64,000 bases of DNA from Candidatus Iainarchaeum sp. (GTDB lineage: Archaea; Iainarchaeota; Iainarchaeia; Iainarchaeales; JAAZKV01), in contig JAPLVR010000001.1 in assembly GCA_026397015.1 (NCBI GenBank), positions 1 through 64,000 on the forward strand. The letters are read 5' to 3'. Under the pieces are notes generated by a model that did no database searches, was not told where the DNA came from, and worked only from the letters and a program-made list of their open reading frames with translations. Positions 29,519 to 38,885 of this stretch are shown here, piece after piece. Every line of letters begins with the position of its first letter. Within the stretch, counting starts at the first letter, position 1. The position numbers were made by a program, and so were the translations under genes.

Positions 29519-30192
29519 TTATTTTTTTGGCGCAAAAACAACCAGCGGGTACAAAGTTCTTTTCCCGTCTTTTGAGGAATATATTTCGCCGATGGAAATC
29601 TTTTTCAGCCCGTGAAGGTTGTGCCAGAATTCCCCGTTGCCCGCGTAAAGAATCACGTGCGTAAATTCCAGCCGCGGATTGTCCCGCTGTATTTGGCTGT
29701 CAGTATACCTTGTTCCAATAACTGTTCCCGGAGAAATTGTTCCAGCTTTTATGCTTGAAGCCATTTCCCTTTCCGTTATCCCTGAATTTTTATTTTCGCC
29801 AGTGAAAGGGCGCTTAGTACGACCTTATTTTCTTCCGGAAGAAACCATGCCGCCGTGCCCAAATAATTTTTTCCGAAATATTTTTTTGCGGCCCTTTTTA
29901 CGTATGCAGTACAGTTTCCATGCTCATTAGGATTAAAAATTTCCCTTTTTCCGTTTTTGTATCTCACTTCAAGCGGAACCATGGGCGGATTTTTTTGGCG
30001 CTCCACAGCCAGGATTTTGTTTTGTGCCGCGATTTCGGCGTTTATTTTTGCGACTCTGGCATCAGCTGCAAAAAATTGCGGCGCGAATTTTAGGGCAAGT
30101 ATTGTTGCGCCGATTGCCACGCCACGCAGTAGCATCGAAGGCCTTTTTTTTACCGTTTTAATCCTGTAATTCGGCTTTATTTTTGGCTTCAT
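29519..30192 (-). pseudogene. Frameshift-split membrane-anchored CHAP/NlpC-P60 amidase-like gene
   Basis: GNCTAYV..GTAAW in ORF 29776-30192; PGTVI..THVILYAGNG in the -1 frame, which is open upstream of 29764; shift near 29815-29820. Confidence 0.65.
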
Positions 30193-30305
30193 AAAAATAT
30201 TACGAAGCCAAAATTTATATTTGTGCGCCACATGCCTTTTTTTGGCAAAGAAAGTATTATATATTTCCTAAGCTTCCTTCTGTATTATTTCAATTGGTGA
30301 GCCTC

Positions 30306-30776
30306 ATGCCGAAAAGGCGAATAAGCTGGAAAGAAATCGAGAGCGGAAGCAGATTGCTTTACAAGAAAATTCCGAATAAAGATTACGATGGTATTGTTTG
30401 CATCGCGACAGGCGGCCTTATTTTTGGAAAGCTTTTATCCGATTTGTTCAATTTGCCCCTTGGAATTGTTTCTGTCAGCAGGTACAAAAAGAAGGGCGGG
30501 AAAATAGGTGAATGCCAGGTGAACACAAACATTCACTGGAACAAAAAAATTTCAAGAAAAAAGCCAAGCATCCTTCTAGTAGATGACATAATTGATGAAG
30601 GAATAACGATGCAGAAAGTGATTTGCGCGCTGAAAAAGAAATTCACGAGAATCGACATCGCTGTTTTGTTTTACAAAAAAGTAAGAACCAAGATTGATTT
30701 CAGCAAGTACAGGATTTATTACTACAAATCGGTCGGCGACGAGTGGGTTATCTTTCCGTGGGAAATAGACAAGTGA
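30306..30776 (+). CDS. Purine phosphoribosyltransferase (Gpt/Hpt-like)
   Basis: ISW, IATGG, ILLVDDIIDEGIT, WVIFPWE. Confidence 0.9.
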   Translation: MPKRRISWKEIESGSRLLYKKIPNKDYDGIVCIATGGLIFGKLLSDLFNLPLGIVSVSRYKKKGGKIGECQVNTNIHWNKKISRKKPSILLVDDIIDEGITMQKVICALKKKFTRIDIAVLFYKKVRTKIDFSKYRIYYYKSVGDEWVIFPWEIDK

Positions 30777-30777
30777 A

Positions 30778-31203
30778 TTATATTCCTGAGGGTTGAGCCT
30801 TCTTTTCTCCCTTCAAATACTTTTTTCTCAGTTCCGGGTCGTCAATATGTCGCATTATTTTCGGCGTGCATTTATCCCTTACGCAAAGTGACATGAATTG
30901 TTTGCAGAATTCCCTTTCGCCTTCTTTTTTGAAATATTTGCATCTTTCCCAAGATGGTTTCTGCAGTTCGTTTGCCGCAGGATTTACTTTCGGCTGTTGG
31001 TCGCTGCTTATTTCCTCTGCCATTCTGGCTGTTTCACCGTCGATTATCTCGCCGCTTTTTGCGGAATAAAACTTCTTCTCGCCGTCAATTATTTCGGCGG
31101 CTTTTTCTTCTTGCTGCGCCGCTGGATTTGCCTGGCTCATTTTCTGCCTTTCCCTCTCCTTATGCTCGTCAACAATTTTTTGTGCGATGCTCCCAAGCGC
31201 CAT
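30778..31203 (-). CDS. Hypothetical protein with C-terminal Cys cluster
   Basis: AGGTGA SD; CKYF..CKQFMSLC...KC. Confidence 0.65.
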   Translation of the reverse strand: MALGSIAQKIVDEHKERERQKMSQANPAAQQEEKAAEIIDGEKKFYSAKSGEIIDGETARMAEEISSDQQPKVNPAANELQKPSWERCKYFKKEGEREFCKQFMSLCVRDKCTPKIMRHIDDPELRKKYLKGEKKAQPSGI

Positions 31204-31408
31204 ATTCTCACCTAAAACAACTGCAAAGATTGCTGATATATAGGGGACTATACTGATTTTAAAATCAATCTTTGCAAACTTCCGAGCATCGAAAAAGCTT
31301 TTATACAAAGATGGTTATTGTCGATATGCAAAATGTGGGTTCTCGCAAAATTTGAGTTCTTCCCAGAGAAGCTAATTATGATAAGCGGCTTGCAAATTAC
31401 AGTTAAAA

Positions 31409-32116
31409 GTGGTTTCCTTGGACGTAGAAGATTATTCTGATTGGGCAGTTCAATATTATGATAGAAAAGTGTCTTCAATAATTAGGTCTTATTTGGTTTC
31501 AAAAAAAATAAAAACAATACTTGACTGCGGCTGCGGAGACGGAAATTTTCTTTATGCTTTAAAATCAAAAAATCTTCTAAAAGGGAAGAAGGTCTATGCA
31601 ATAGACTTGTCAAAAAGGAGATTGGAAATTGTAAAAAAGATTGATGATGGAATAATTGCAAAAATTGATTCTGCTGAAGAGTTAAAGACAATTAAAAGCA
31701 GTTCAATTGATTTGGTTGTTTCAATGCAGGTGATAGAACATGTTAATGATAAAAAAATGGCTTTGCAGTTAAAAAGGGTTTTGAAAAAAAAAGGTTTGGC
31801 TTACATTTCAACCATATTCAAAAAAAAATATGCTTTCTGCCCTTTTGTGGCAGGAGGTAAAAGAGTAATTGATCCGACCCATTTAAGGGAATACGTTAAA
31901 GATAGGGAACTTCTTGGTCTTTTCAAAACTGAAGAATTTAAATTGATAAAACAAAGTAAAACTCCTTTAATGCATTCATTATTTTACCCTTTGTTTTTGT
32001 TTTTCTCGAAAGATAGGTTTCTTTTTGAAAAAAATTTGTTTGCAAAAAACCTCGATAGGATAAAAATTCCGTTTCCGCGGTTCTATATTTGGGAAGTGTT
32101 ATTGCAAAAAAGGTGA
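31409..32116 (+). CDS. Class I SAM-dependent methyltransferase
   Basis: ILDCGCGDG, VIEHV, HLREY. Confidence 0.9.
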   Translation: MVSLDVEDYSDWAVQYYDRKVSSIIRSYLVSKKIKTILDCGCGDGNFLYALKSKNLLKGKKVYAIDLSKRRLEIVKKIDDGIIAKIDSAEELKTIKSSSIDLVVSMQVIEHVNDKKMALQLKRVLKKKGLAYISTIFKKKYAFCPFVAGGKRVIDPTHLREYVKDRELLGLFKTEEFKLIKQSKTPLMHSLFYPLFLFFSKDRFLFEKNLFAKNLDRIKIPFPRFYIWEVLLQKR

Positions 32117-32206
32117 TTTGAATGGGATGTAAAGTTGTTTTTGAATAAATTTTTTGAAAATTTTTTGGTTAAAAAGGTTTTTATATAAATAAAGCTTATT
32201 ATTGTT

Positions 32207-32977
32207 ATGCCAAATTTCGTGGAAAAAGAGATTTTTTGGAAGCGCCCTAAGAGGGCGGGCGAAAAAGCCGGTTTTAACGAAAAAATTGCTGTTTCTGTTA
32301 TCGTTCCTGCGATGAACGAGGAAAAGTTTATCGGGAAATGCCTTCAATCCCTTGCTAGCCAAACGATGCCGAGGGAAAATTATGAGATTATTGTTAGTGA
32401 CAGCAGCAGCACTGACTCAACGGTAAAAATTGCCAAAAAATATGCGGACAAGGTTGTTATTTGCAGGAGGCAGTCCGCCGGGTACGGAAAGAACCGCGGC
32501 GCCAAGTATGCGGTCGGAAAAAACCTTTTGTTTATTGACGCAGACACAATTGCGGACAAAAAGTGGGCGGAATCTGCAAATGAAGTTCTGCAAAGCACGA
32601 TTGCATGCACCGGCCCAGTGAGAGCGCTTGAAGATGATTCGCTAAAACTAACAATCGCCTTTTTGTTCTGGCAGTGCCTTACAAGGGTAAGCGTTTTCTT
32701 CGGATTTGGTTTAATGCCCGGCCATAATATGGGTGTCAGAAAGAAAGCCTTTATGGAACTCAATGAGTTTATTGAAGACAACATAACCAACGAGGACAAC
32801 GATTTTTCGAAAAGAATCCGCAAAAAAGGAAGGATAATTTATTCGAACGGCATGGCTGTAAGGACTTCTACAAGAAGGCTTAAAAAAATCTCGATAATAA
32901 CTTATTTCCTGAACGGGGTAAAGTTTTTTCTTTTCGGCAAGAGCATGACGTGGAACGATTTCAGGGATGATTATTGA
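32207..32977 (+). CDS. GT2 glycosyltransferase
   Basis: VSVIVPAMNEE, STDST, FIDAD, NED, TSTRR. Confidence 0.92.
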   Translation: MPNFVEKEIFWKRPKRAGEKAGFNEKIAVSVIVPAMNEEKFIGKCLQSLASQTMPRENYEIIVSDSSSTDSTVKIAKKYADKVVICRRQSAGYGKNRGAKYAVGKNLLFIDADTIADKKWAESANEVLQSTIACTGPVRALEDDSLKLTIAFLFWQCLTRVSVFFGFGLMPGHNMGVRKKAFMELNEFIEDNITNEDNDFSKRIRKKGRIIYSNGMAVRTSTRRLKKISIITYFLNGVKFFLFGKSMTWNDFRDDY

Positions 32978-33037
32978 AAATAAATTTTGACATGCGGCGA
33001 AGTTAATGTTGGGAAAAAGTTTGGCAAGGTGAATATT

Positions 33038-34039
33038 ATGACAAAAAAATTGAAAAGGAAAAAAGTTGCAGAAAGAATCGACAAGAAAGCAGGTGAAAAA
33101 AATGCCAAAAAGAAGTTTTCCCTTGTGAAAAGGCTGGGCGGCTTTGTCGAGCTTGCGAGGCCTGCCGAATGGGGCAAATCTTTGCTCAACATGATGGTTG
33201 CGATGCTCATGGCGTTTTATGCCTACAACGCGCAGGTAAGCCTTCAGGTATTTTTTGCAGGATTCATGTCAGTAGCGTTTCTCTGGTCCGGGCTTTATAC
33301 GCTTAATGATTATACCGACCGAAAAATAGATTTCCTGCACAAGGTGAAAAAAAACAGGGCCATTCCGTCCGGCAGGGTTCCGCCAACTCAAGCGCTTCTA
33401 TTCTCAATAATCCTTATTTTTGTTTCTTATTCAATTGCTTTCAGGTTTGACAACCTGCTTGTGGTATGCCTGACAATAATGGTAATCAATCAGCTGCTTT
33501 ATACTGTCGAGCCTTTCCGCCTTAAATCGCGAAAAGTTTTTGACATAATTTCCGGCTCGATGATTAATCCGATTTTCAGATACGCTTCTGGGCTTGTGTT
33601 ATTTGTTTCTCCAACAGCTCTTCTATCACAGCCGACGCCTATACTTCCGCTGCTTTTTGTGATGGGGGTTCAAGTAAGCGGCTATACCCTTTACAGGCTT
33701 TTTTCAAAGAAGCACGACATAATGATAAAAATGAGGAGCACTGTTGCGCTTGTGCCGGAAAAATTAGTAAAACTTTATTCCTACATTTTGCTTTTCATTG
33801 CCTCCGCATCCTACATGATTCTTTTCATAAATTTTTTTACTTTCAAATCGGCGGCGCTCGGCTTTCTTCCGCCTCAATACCTTTTCCCAATACTGATTGT
33901 GTTGATATTCCTGCCGCTGATTAAGAATGCAATTCTTGATCCTGTGAAGGCGAACTTGAAGGACCAATACAGAATCCTTTACCTAATGAATATAATATTT
34001 ATTTTTGGAAACATACTTGTATTTGTATTGGCGCCATAA
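33038..34039 (+). CDS. Second UbiA-family prenyltransferase
   Basis: YTLNDYTDRKID..KNRAIPSG, LYTVEPFRLK; multiple TMs. Confidence 0.85.
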   Translation: MTKKLKRKKVAERIDKKAGEKNAKKKFSLVKRLGGFVELARPAEWGKSLLNMMVAMLMAFYAYNAQVSLQVFFAGFMSVAFLWSGLYTLNDYTDRKIDFLHKVKKNRAIPSGRVPPTQALLFSIILIFVSYSIAFRFDNLLVVCLTIMVINQLLYTVEPFRLKSRKVFDIISGSMINPIFRYASGLVLFVSPTALLSQPTPILPLLFVMGVQVSGYTLYRLFSKKHDIMIKMRSTVALVPEKLVKLYSYILLFIASASYMILFINFFTFKSAALGFLPPQYLFPILIVLIFLPLIKNAILDPVKANLKDQYRILYLMNIIFIFGNILVFVLAP

Positions 34040-34086
34040 GAATATTTATGTGAAAAAATTTGCAGTGAAACAATGAAGGTAATTTT

Positions 34087-34578
34087 ATGAGAAATCTTAC
34101 AGTGATAAAAGTCGAACCCGGAAAAAGTTCGGCCGGGTGGACGAAAGTGAAATCAAAGTTAAGAGTCCTCTTTAATTGGTGCCTTTTACATTTCGGGGAA
34201 ATTATTCCATTTACTCAAAAAAAGCAGTTCTTTTACAGGTGCATGGGGGTAAGGATTGGGAAAAATGTTGAGATAATGCCGAATATTGCTCTCGACATTT
34301 TTTTCCCCGAAATGACTGAAATCGGCGACGGCACAGTAATCGGAATCAGTTGTTTCCTTACCTGCCACGAATTTAACCCTGGCGAGTTCCGCTACGGCCC
34401 AATAAAAATCGGGAAAAATGTTTTAATCGGCGCACGCTCCTTCATTCTTCCAGGGGTAACAATCGGCGACGGCGCGATGGTGAGTGCCCAAACCGTTATT
34501 TACAAAGACGTTCCCTCAAATGTTTTGGCCTTTGGGAGCCCACTCGTTTTCAAAGAGCTTGGAAAAAAGAAAAAATAA
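34087..34578 (+). CDS. Hexapeptide-repeat O-acetyltransferase, YvoF-like
   Basis: DIFFPE..IG....IG....CHEF...EFRYG.IKIG; resembles B. subtilis YvoF along its length (from recall). Confidence 0.8.
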   Translation: MRNLTVIKVEPGKSSAGWTKVKSKLRVLFNWCLLHFGEIIPFTQKKQFFYRCMGVRIGKNVEIMPNIALDIFFPEMTEIGDGTVIGISCFLTCHEFNPGEFRYGPIKIGKNVLIGARSFILPGVTIGDGAMVSAQTVIYKDVPSNVLAFGSPLVFKELGKKKK

Positions 34579-34789
34579 TTTTAGTGAGGAAATGGGTCTG
34601 CTGAAAAGGTGATTTTAATAAAAAAATGATTTTGATGAAAAAGTCTTCTTCGCGAAAATAATGGGGGTTTCTCTCGTGAAATATGTTCTGAATGGGGCGG
34701 CGTTTGTGCTTTTCGGCAGGAAAAGAAAATGGGGCGAACACAGGAAAGAATTTAAAGCAGGTGCAAAATAATATCTCTTGGTGTTTTGA

Positions 34790-34924
34790 ATGTACGAGGA
34801 TTTGGCGGTTGATTATTTCAGAGGCCTTTCATCCGGCGAAAAGAAAAAACTGATTAAAAAAATTTTTGATTCGCTCACGGAAAAGGAAAAGCTTGAGATC
34901 GCGAAAATGCTGGTGAAGGGATAA
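34790..34924 (+). CDS. 44-aa helical protein coupled to the deaminase gene
   Basis: MYEDLAVDYFRGLSSGEKKKLIKKIFDSLTEKEKLEIAKMLVKG*; TAATG overlap with next ORF. Confidence 0.65.
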   Translation: MYEDLAVDYFRGLSSGEKKKLIKKIFDSLTEKEKLEIAKMLVKG

Positions 34925-35409
34925 TGAAAAAATCGGAAAAGCACGGCGAAAAATTTATGCTTCTTGCAATAAGAGAGGCAAGAAAAGGGATTCGAAAAAA
35001 AGAAGGCGGGCCCTTTGGTGCCTGCATTATTCGCGGCGGAAAAGTTGTTGCGTATGCGCACAATGAAGTCCTTTTGGACCATTGCGTGGTGAGCCACGCG
35101 GAAATTAAGGCGATAACAAAAGCGAGTAGAAAACTAAAAAAATGGGATTTAAGCGGCTGCGAAATTTATTCAACAACGGAGCCGTGCACAATGTGCTTTT
35201 CCGCAATCCACTGGGCGAGAATAGAAAAAGTTTATTTCGGAACGACCATTAAAGATGCGAAAAAAATAGGGTTCAACGAAATGATGATTCCTGATGAAAA
35301 AATGAAAAAAATTGGAAAAAGCAGCGTTAAAATAATCGAGGGAGTTTTGCGCGAAGAATGCCTCGCGCTCTTTTCAGAATGGAAGAAAGCGAGGGGCAAA
35401 AAATACTAG
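34924..35409 (+). CDS. CDA-family nucleoside/guanine deaminase
   Basis: GGPFGA, HAEI, EPCTMC, IHWARI. Confidence 0.9.
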   Translation: MKKSEKHGEKFMLLAIREARKGIRKKEGGPFGACIIRGGKVVAYAHNEVLLDHCVVSHAEIKAITKASRKLKKWDLSGCEIYSTTEPCTMCFSAIHWARIEKVYFGTTIKDAKKIGFNEMMIPDEKMKKIGKSSVKIIEGVLREECLALFSEWKKARGKKY

Positions 35410-35472
35410 TTTTTTCGGTCGAAGCTTTGGTTTATAAATGCTTTTGAAATAAGTTTTTTGAAAGGTGCATTG

Positions 35473-35604
35473 ATGTCTAAGCGGGCGAAAGATACCAGCA
35501 GATTCAAGAAGACAAGGTCAAGGGAACGCTGGAAATGGAAAAAGAAAAAAATGCGCAGAAAGAAGCGCAAAAAGCGCTATTTGAGGCAAAGGGCAAGGAC
35601 ATAA
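35473..35604 (+). CDS. rpl41e: Ribosomal protein eL41/eS32-like (below ORF-track cutoff)
   Basis: AGGTG SD; RWKWKKKKMRRKKRKKR matches the eL41 pattern. Confidence 0.75.
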   Translation: MSKRAKDTSRFKKTRSRERWKWKKKKMRRKKRKKRYLRQRART

Positions 35605-35649
35605 ACCGGCAGGGCATGAGCCGGCGGGCATAACTTTTTTGTTCCTAAT

Positions 35650-36564
35650 TCAGGGAAGGATTTCTTTCTCTTTTACGTGATAGCACCCCGGATAGGCTAC
35701 TGCAATTCCCGCGGCCCTGTTAGCCAGCCTTATCGCCTCACGCAGTTCAAGCCCTTTGCTGTAGAAATGGGCAAAAGTAGCTACGACTGTATCGCCCGCA
35801 CCGGTAACGTCAAAAACCTTTTTCGCTTCCGTTCCGATTGCGAAGGGCTTTTTTCCCTTTTCAAAATAAGCAACGCCTTCCTTTCCCCTCTTCAACAGGA
35901 TTCTTGTGTTCAGGCGCTTCTGCAGAAATTTCGCCGCTTCGAAATCATCTTCCTTTTTTGACATTTCCAGCGCCTCTTTGGTGTTAGGGGTTACAAGAAA
36001 AACGTTTTTGTAAAATGAGATGTGCGCCGGCTTCGGGTCGACAATAATCGGAATTCCCTTCGCCTTCAATTTTTTCATGAGCTTTTCGGAAACCGTCCCC
36101 TTGTTGTAGTCCGAGACGATTATTATCGCGCAGTTTCCTATCTGTTTCATTATTTTTGAAACATAATCAACTTTCACTCCGTTTCCCTGCTCAATGTCTT
36201 TTCTGAAGTGATACCTGCCGTCAGCCTTCGACATGGTTCTTTCCTTTACTATTGTTTTTCTTTTTTTGTCTTCAATTATAAAAAATTTTATTCCCAGCTT
36301 TGCGAGCGCCCTCTTTAGTATTTTTGCATTATCATCCTTTCCAATTACCCCTATCAGCTTCGTTTCCGCGCCCAGCGATTTCAAATTCGCTGCAACGTTT
36401 CCGGCACCGCCCGGAAGGTAAACCGTTTCCTGAACTGTGTAGGAGGGCGCCGAGCTTTCCGGATTGTCCCTGTTGGTGCAGTAATCGTATTTGTCGAGCA
36501 GTACATCCCCCACCACAACGATTCTTTTTTTTTCCTCGGCGGCTGTTTTTTCGGCCCTTCCCAT
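35650..36564 (-). CDS. RfaE/HldE domain I-like heptose-7-phosphate kinase (PfkB family)
   Basis: GDVLLDKY, PGGAGNVAAN, SDYNKG, VDPK, TPN, DVTGAGDTV. Confidence 0.85.
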   Translation of the reverse strand: MGRAEKTAAEEKKRIVVVGDVLLDKYDYCTNRDNPESSAPSYTVQETVYLPGGAGNVAANLKSLGAETKLIGVIGKDDNAKILKRALAKLGIKFFIIEDKKRKTIVKERTMSKADGRYHFRKDIEQGNGVKVDYVSKIMKQIGNCAIIIVSDYNKGTVSEKLMKKLKAKGIPIIVDPKPAHISFYKNVFLVTPNTKEALEMSKKEDDFEAAKFLQKRLNTRILLKRGKEGVAYFEKGKKPFAIGTEAKKVFDVTGAGDTVVATFAHFYSKGLELREAIRLANRAAGIAVAYPGCYHVKEKEILP

Positions 36565-36635
36565 AAGCCAAGATGGGGATTTAATTGGTATATAAATTTG
36601 TGCGTACAATTTTCGATTTTGCAGCCGCGGCAAGT

Positions 36636-37241
36636 TCATTTCAGCCTGACGAAAACGAACGAACCGATTTCAAAAAGCTTCTTTTTTTCGCTGTTGAAAA
36701 CCGTTATGTTCTGCGAGAAATCCCCAACAGGGGCGACAATTTTTCCGTCTCCGGCAAGCTGGCCGAACAGTTCGGCCGGAATTTCATCAACCGCGGCGCT
36801 GATTAGAATCCTGTCAAACGGCGCCTCTTCCTTCATTCCTTTTTTTCCGTCGCCCGCTCCAACTTTTGCGTCAATTTCAAGCCCTTTCAGCGTCCCCTTG
36901 CTGATTTCCACAAGCGATTTATTGACATCAATTCCGAAAACTTTTCTTTTTGTGATTTTGCTTATCAGCGCGAGCACATATCCCGAGCCGGAACCTATCT
37001 CAAGAACTTTCTGTCCTTCTTCCAAGTCAAGAAGTTCGAGCATCACTGCGATTGTGCTCGGCTGCGAAATAGTGGAGCCGTCGCACAGCGGAAACGCGGA
37101 ATCTTCAAAAGCAAATTCCTGCATGTCGTGGCGGAAGAACTTTTCCCTCGGCACCGAACGAAAAGCAGTTTCGAGCGCTTTGCTTTTTATCGCGCCGTTC
37201 TTAACCAGCAAATCGGCCATTCTTTCAAGGCTGTATGCCAT
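36636..37241 (-). CDS. pcm: Protein-L-isoaspartate O-methyltransferase
   Basis: VPREKF, TISQP, VLEIGSGSGY, APFDRI, FVRL. Confidence 0.93.
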   Translation of the reverse strand: MAYSLERMADLLVKNGAIKSKALETAFRSVPREKFFRHDMQEFAFEDSAFPLCDGSTISQPSTIAVMLELLDLEEGQKVLEIGSGSGYVLALISKITKRKVFGIDVNKSLVEISKGTLKGLEIDAKVGAGDGKKGMKEEAPFDRILISAAVDEIPAELFGQLAGDGKIVAPVGDFSQNITVFNSEKKKLFEIGSFVFVRLK

Positions 37242-37283
37242 AATTAAAGTTAAAGAAGGAAAATTAAATTAAGATGAGCGGTT

Positions 37284-37436
37284 TTACCTGCGTTTTGCAA
37301 GCTTCTTGAGTTTCAGTACCTTTGACTTTTTGCCCTTTTTGCTCGGGCGCCTGCTGTGCTTTTTCGCAGACCCGCGCTTTTTCTTCGCACGCTTTGAAAT
37401 TTTTTTCACTTTTCTCTTTGCTTTTTTTTTAACCAT
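37284..37436 (-). CDS. Very basic 50-aa protein (H1/protamine-like composition)
   Basis: MVKKKAKRKVKKISKRAKKK...; GGAG upstream. Confidence 0.6.
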   Translation of the reverse strand: MVKKKAKRKVKKISKRAKKKRGSAKKHSRRPSKKGKKSKVLKLKKLAKRR

Positions 37437-37463
37437 TTTTTTCATTCTCCAAAAAAAGAAATT

Positions 37464-37689
37464 AGCTGGCATCTGGACTCGGTGGAAGAGTGCCTCAAGC
37501 AATCGTCGAAATCGAACTTCACCTATCAACTTGCTATAAAGGTGATCTCCTCCGCTCCAAAAGCCGACTTAACAGCAGCAGGTCTCGCACAGAGAGTTAT
37601 AGTCCAGTCTCTGCACCAGTGGTCGAGCAACTGTAAGAGGTGGTCTTTGACGCATCCTTTTCAGAACAACCGATTTGTCCTAGCCAGCT
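37464..37689 (-). ncRNA. Unassigned ~226-nt structured RNA
   Basis: TTTATA ~27 nt upstream; end-to-end stem AGCTGGC/GCCAGCT; internal hairpins with G-U pairs on the minus strand; T-tract downstream. Confidence 0.7.
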
Positions 37690-37840
37690 GTATATTATGC
37701 TGCTTACGAAGTATAAATATGTTTCTGTTGCAAACCGAAACTTTTGCGCGTGAAGAAGTTTTTTTGGTTTTTGGCCCCGGTTTCCACAATTGACGAGTTT
37801 ATGAAAAGCCTTTTAAACAAATATAGCGGGCTATATAATT

Positions 37841-38053
37841 ATGGCTACCATAAGCGCAGATGTGACTTCGCAGATGATTAAATGGGCGGATGTGCAGGTC
37901 AGGAAGGGCCTTTACAAGAGCAGGAGCGAAGTAATAAGGGAAATGTTCAGGGATAAAATGGTTAAGGAAAACTATTCTCTTCTTGCGGAAAAAGCCTTTG
38001 CTGACGCGTGGAAGAATGAGGATGATTCGTATTGGAATAAATATTTGAAGTGA
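37841..38053 (+). CDS. RHH antitoxin
   Basis: GLYKSRSEVIRE RHH motif; acidic W..EDD..W tail. Confidence 0.85.
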   Translation: MATISADVTSQMIKWADVQVRKGLYKSRSEVIREMFRDKMVKENYSLLAEKAFADAWKNEDDSYWNKYLK

Positions 38054-38059
38054 TTCTTT

Positions 38060-38377
38060 TTGGAGCAGGGCGAAATCTACCTAGTAAAGTTTCCATTTTC
38101 CAGTATGGTTGATTATAAAATACGGCCGGCGCTTGTTGTCTCAAACAATTTTTTCAATAAGAAATTTGATGCGTGGTTTTGCCCCGTAACGACAAGCAAA
38201 ATGGAAGAATGCGTTCCGCTTGAAAGCGGGTTTGCTGGAGGTGAACTGGACAGGGAAAGCTTTGCAAAAACGAATGTAATAACGACGATTGAGAATGTTT
38301 TGTTGCTCAAAAAAATCGGAAAATTGAAAAAGGAAAAAGTTTTGGAAATAGTTAAAAGGATTGAGGCAAATTTTTAG
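38060..38377 (+). CDS. PemK/MazF-family toxin
   Basis: GEIYLVKFPFS, KIRPALVVSN, PVTT. Confidence 0.92.
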   Translation: MEQGEIYLVKFPFSSMVDYKIRPALVVSNNFFNKKFDAWFCPVTTSKMEECVPLESGFAGGELDRESFAKTNVITTIENVLLLKKIGKLKKEKVLEIVKRIEANF

Positions 38378-38453
38378 CGACAGGTGCCCGCTTTTTCTCT
38401 TCATACAAAGGTTTTTATTCTTCTGAACTGAGTGTTTTATTGGTTGGTTTAAG

Positions 38454-38798
38454 ATGGGCGGAATAACCAGAAGAACGGTCAAAATAGGAGTTGCGTCCGG
38501 AAGGAAAATTATTTTTTCCCCTGTTATTGGGCACGAAATTCGTAAGGCTCTTAATCCGAAAAGAATTGTCAGGCAGATTAATGAAAGAACCGGCCGTGCT
38601 TGGACAATAATGGATCCCAGTATTTCTGAACTTCAATTAAGGCTTGCAATAGGAAACCCTTTTGGTGCAAAGGCGATGGTGAAAGCGAATGAAGAATTTT
38701 ACGCCAGAATACCAAATGGGTTTTTTGTTAAAGGATTTGTATCCTTTGCAGAATATAACGCCAGATTGCTCGAACTTTCAAAAAAAAAAGCGCGTTAA
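38454..38798 (+). CDS. Basic orphan protein
   Basis: 114-aa K/R-rich ORF. Confidence 0.5.
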   Translation: MGGITRRTVKIGVASGRKIIFSPVIGHEIRKALNPKRIVRQINERTGRAWTIMDPSISELQLRLAIGNPFGAKAMVKANEEFYARIPNGFFVKGFVSFAEYNARLLELSKKKAR

Positions 38799-38885
38799 AT
38801 AGTTGAACCGCTTTGAGACCGTGCGCGAAAGACGAAAAGACGATTTTCCGAAACCTTTCTAGAAAAATAGTTTTTATTTTTGAAC

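Noticed and set aside
37464-37689. tmRNA, RNase P RNA or SRP RNA assignment
   Set aside because: A TTTCGACG stretch recalls tmRNA, but there is no acceptor/T-arm or tag ORF; RNase P P4 and SRP helix-8 signatures are absent
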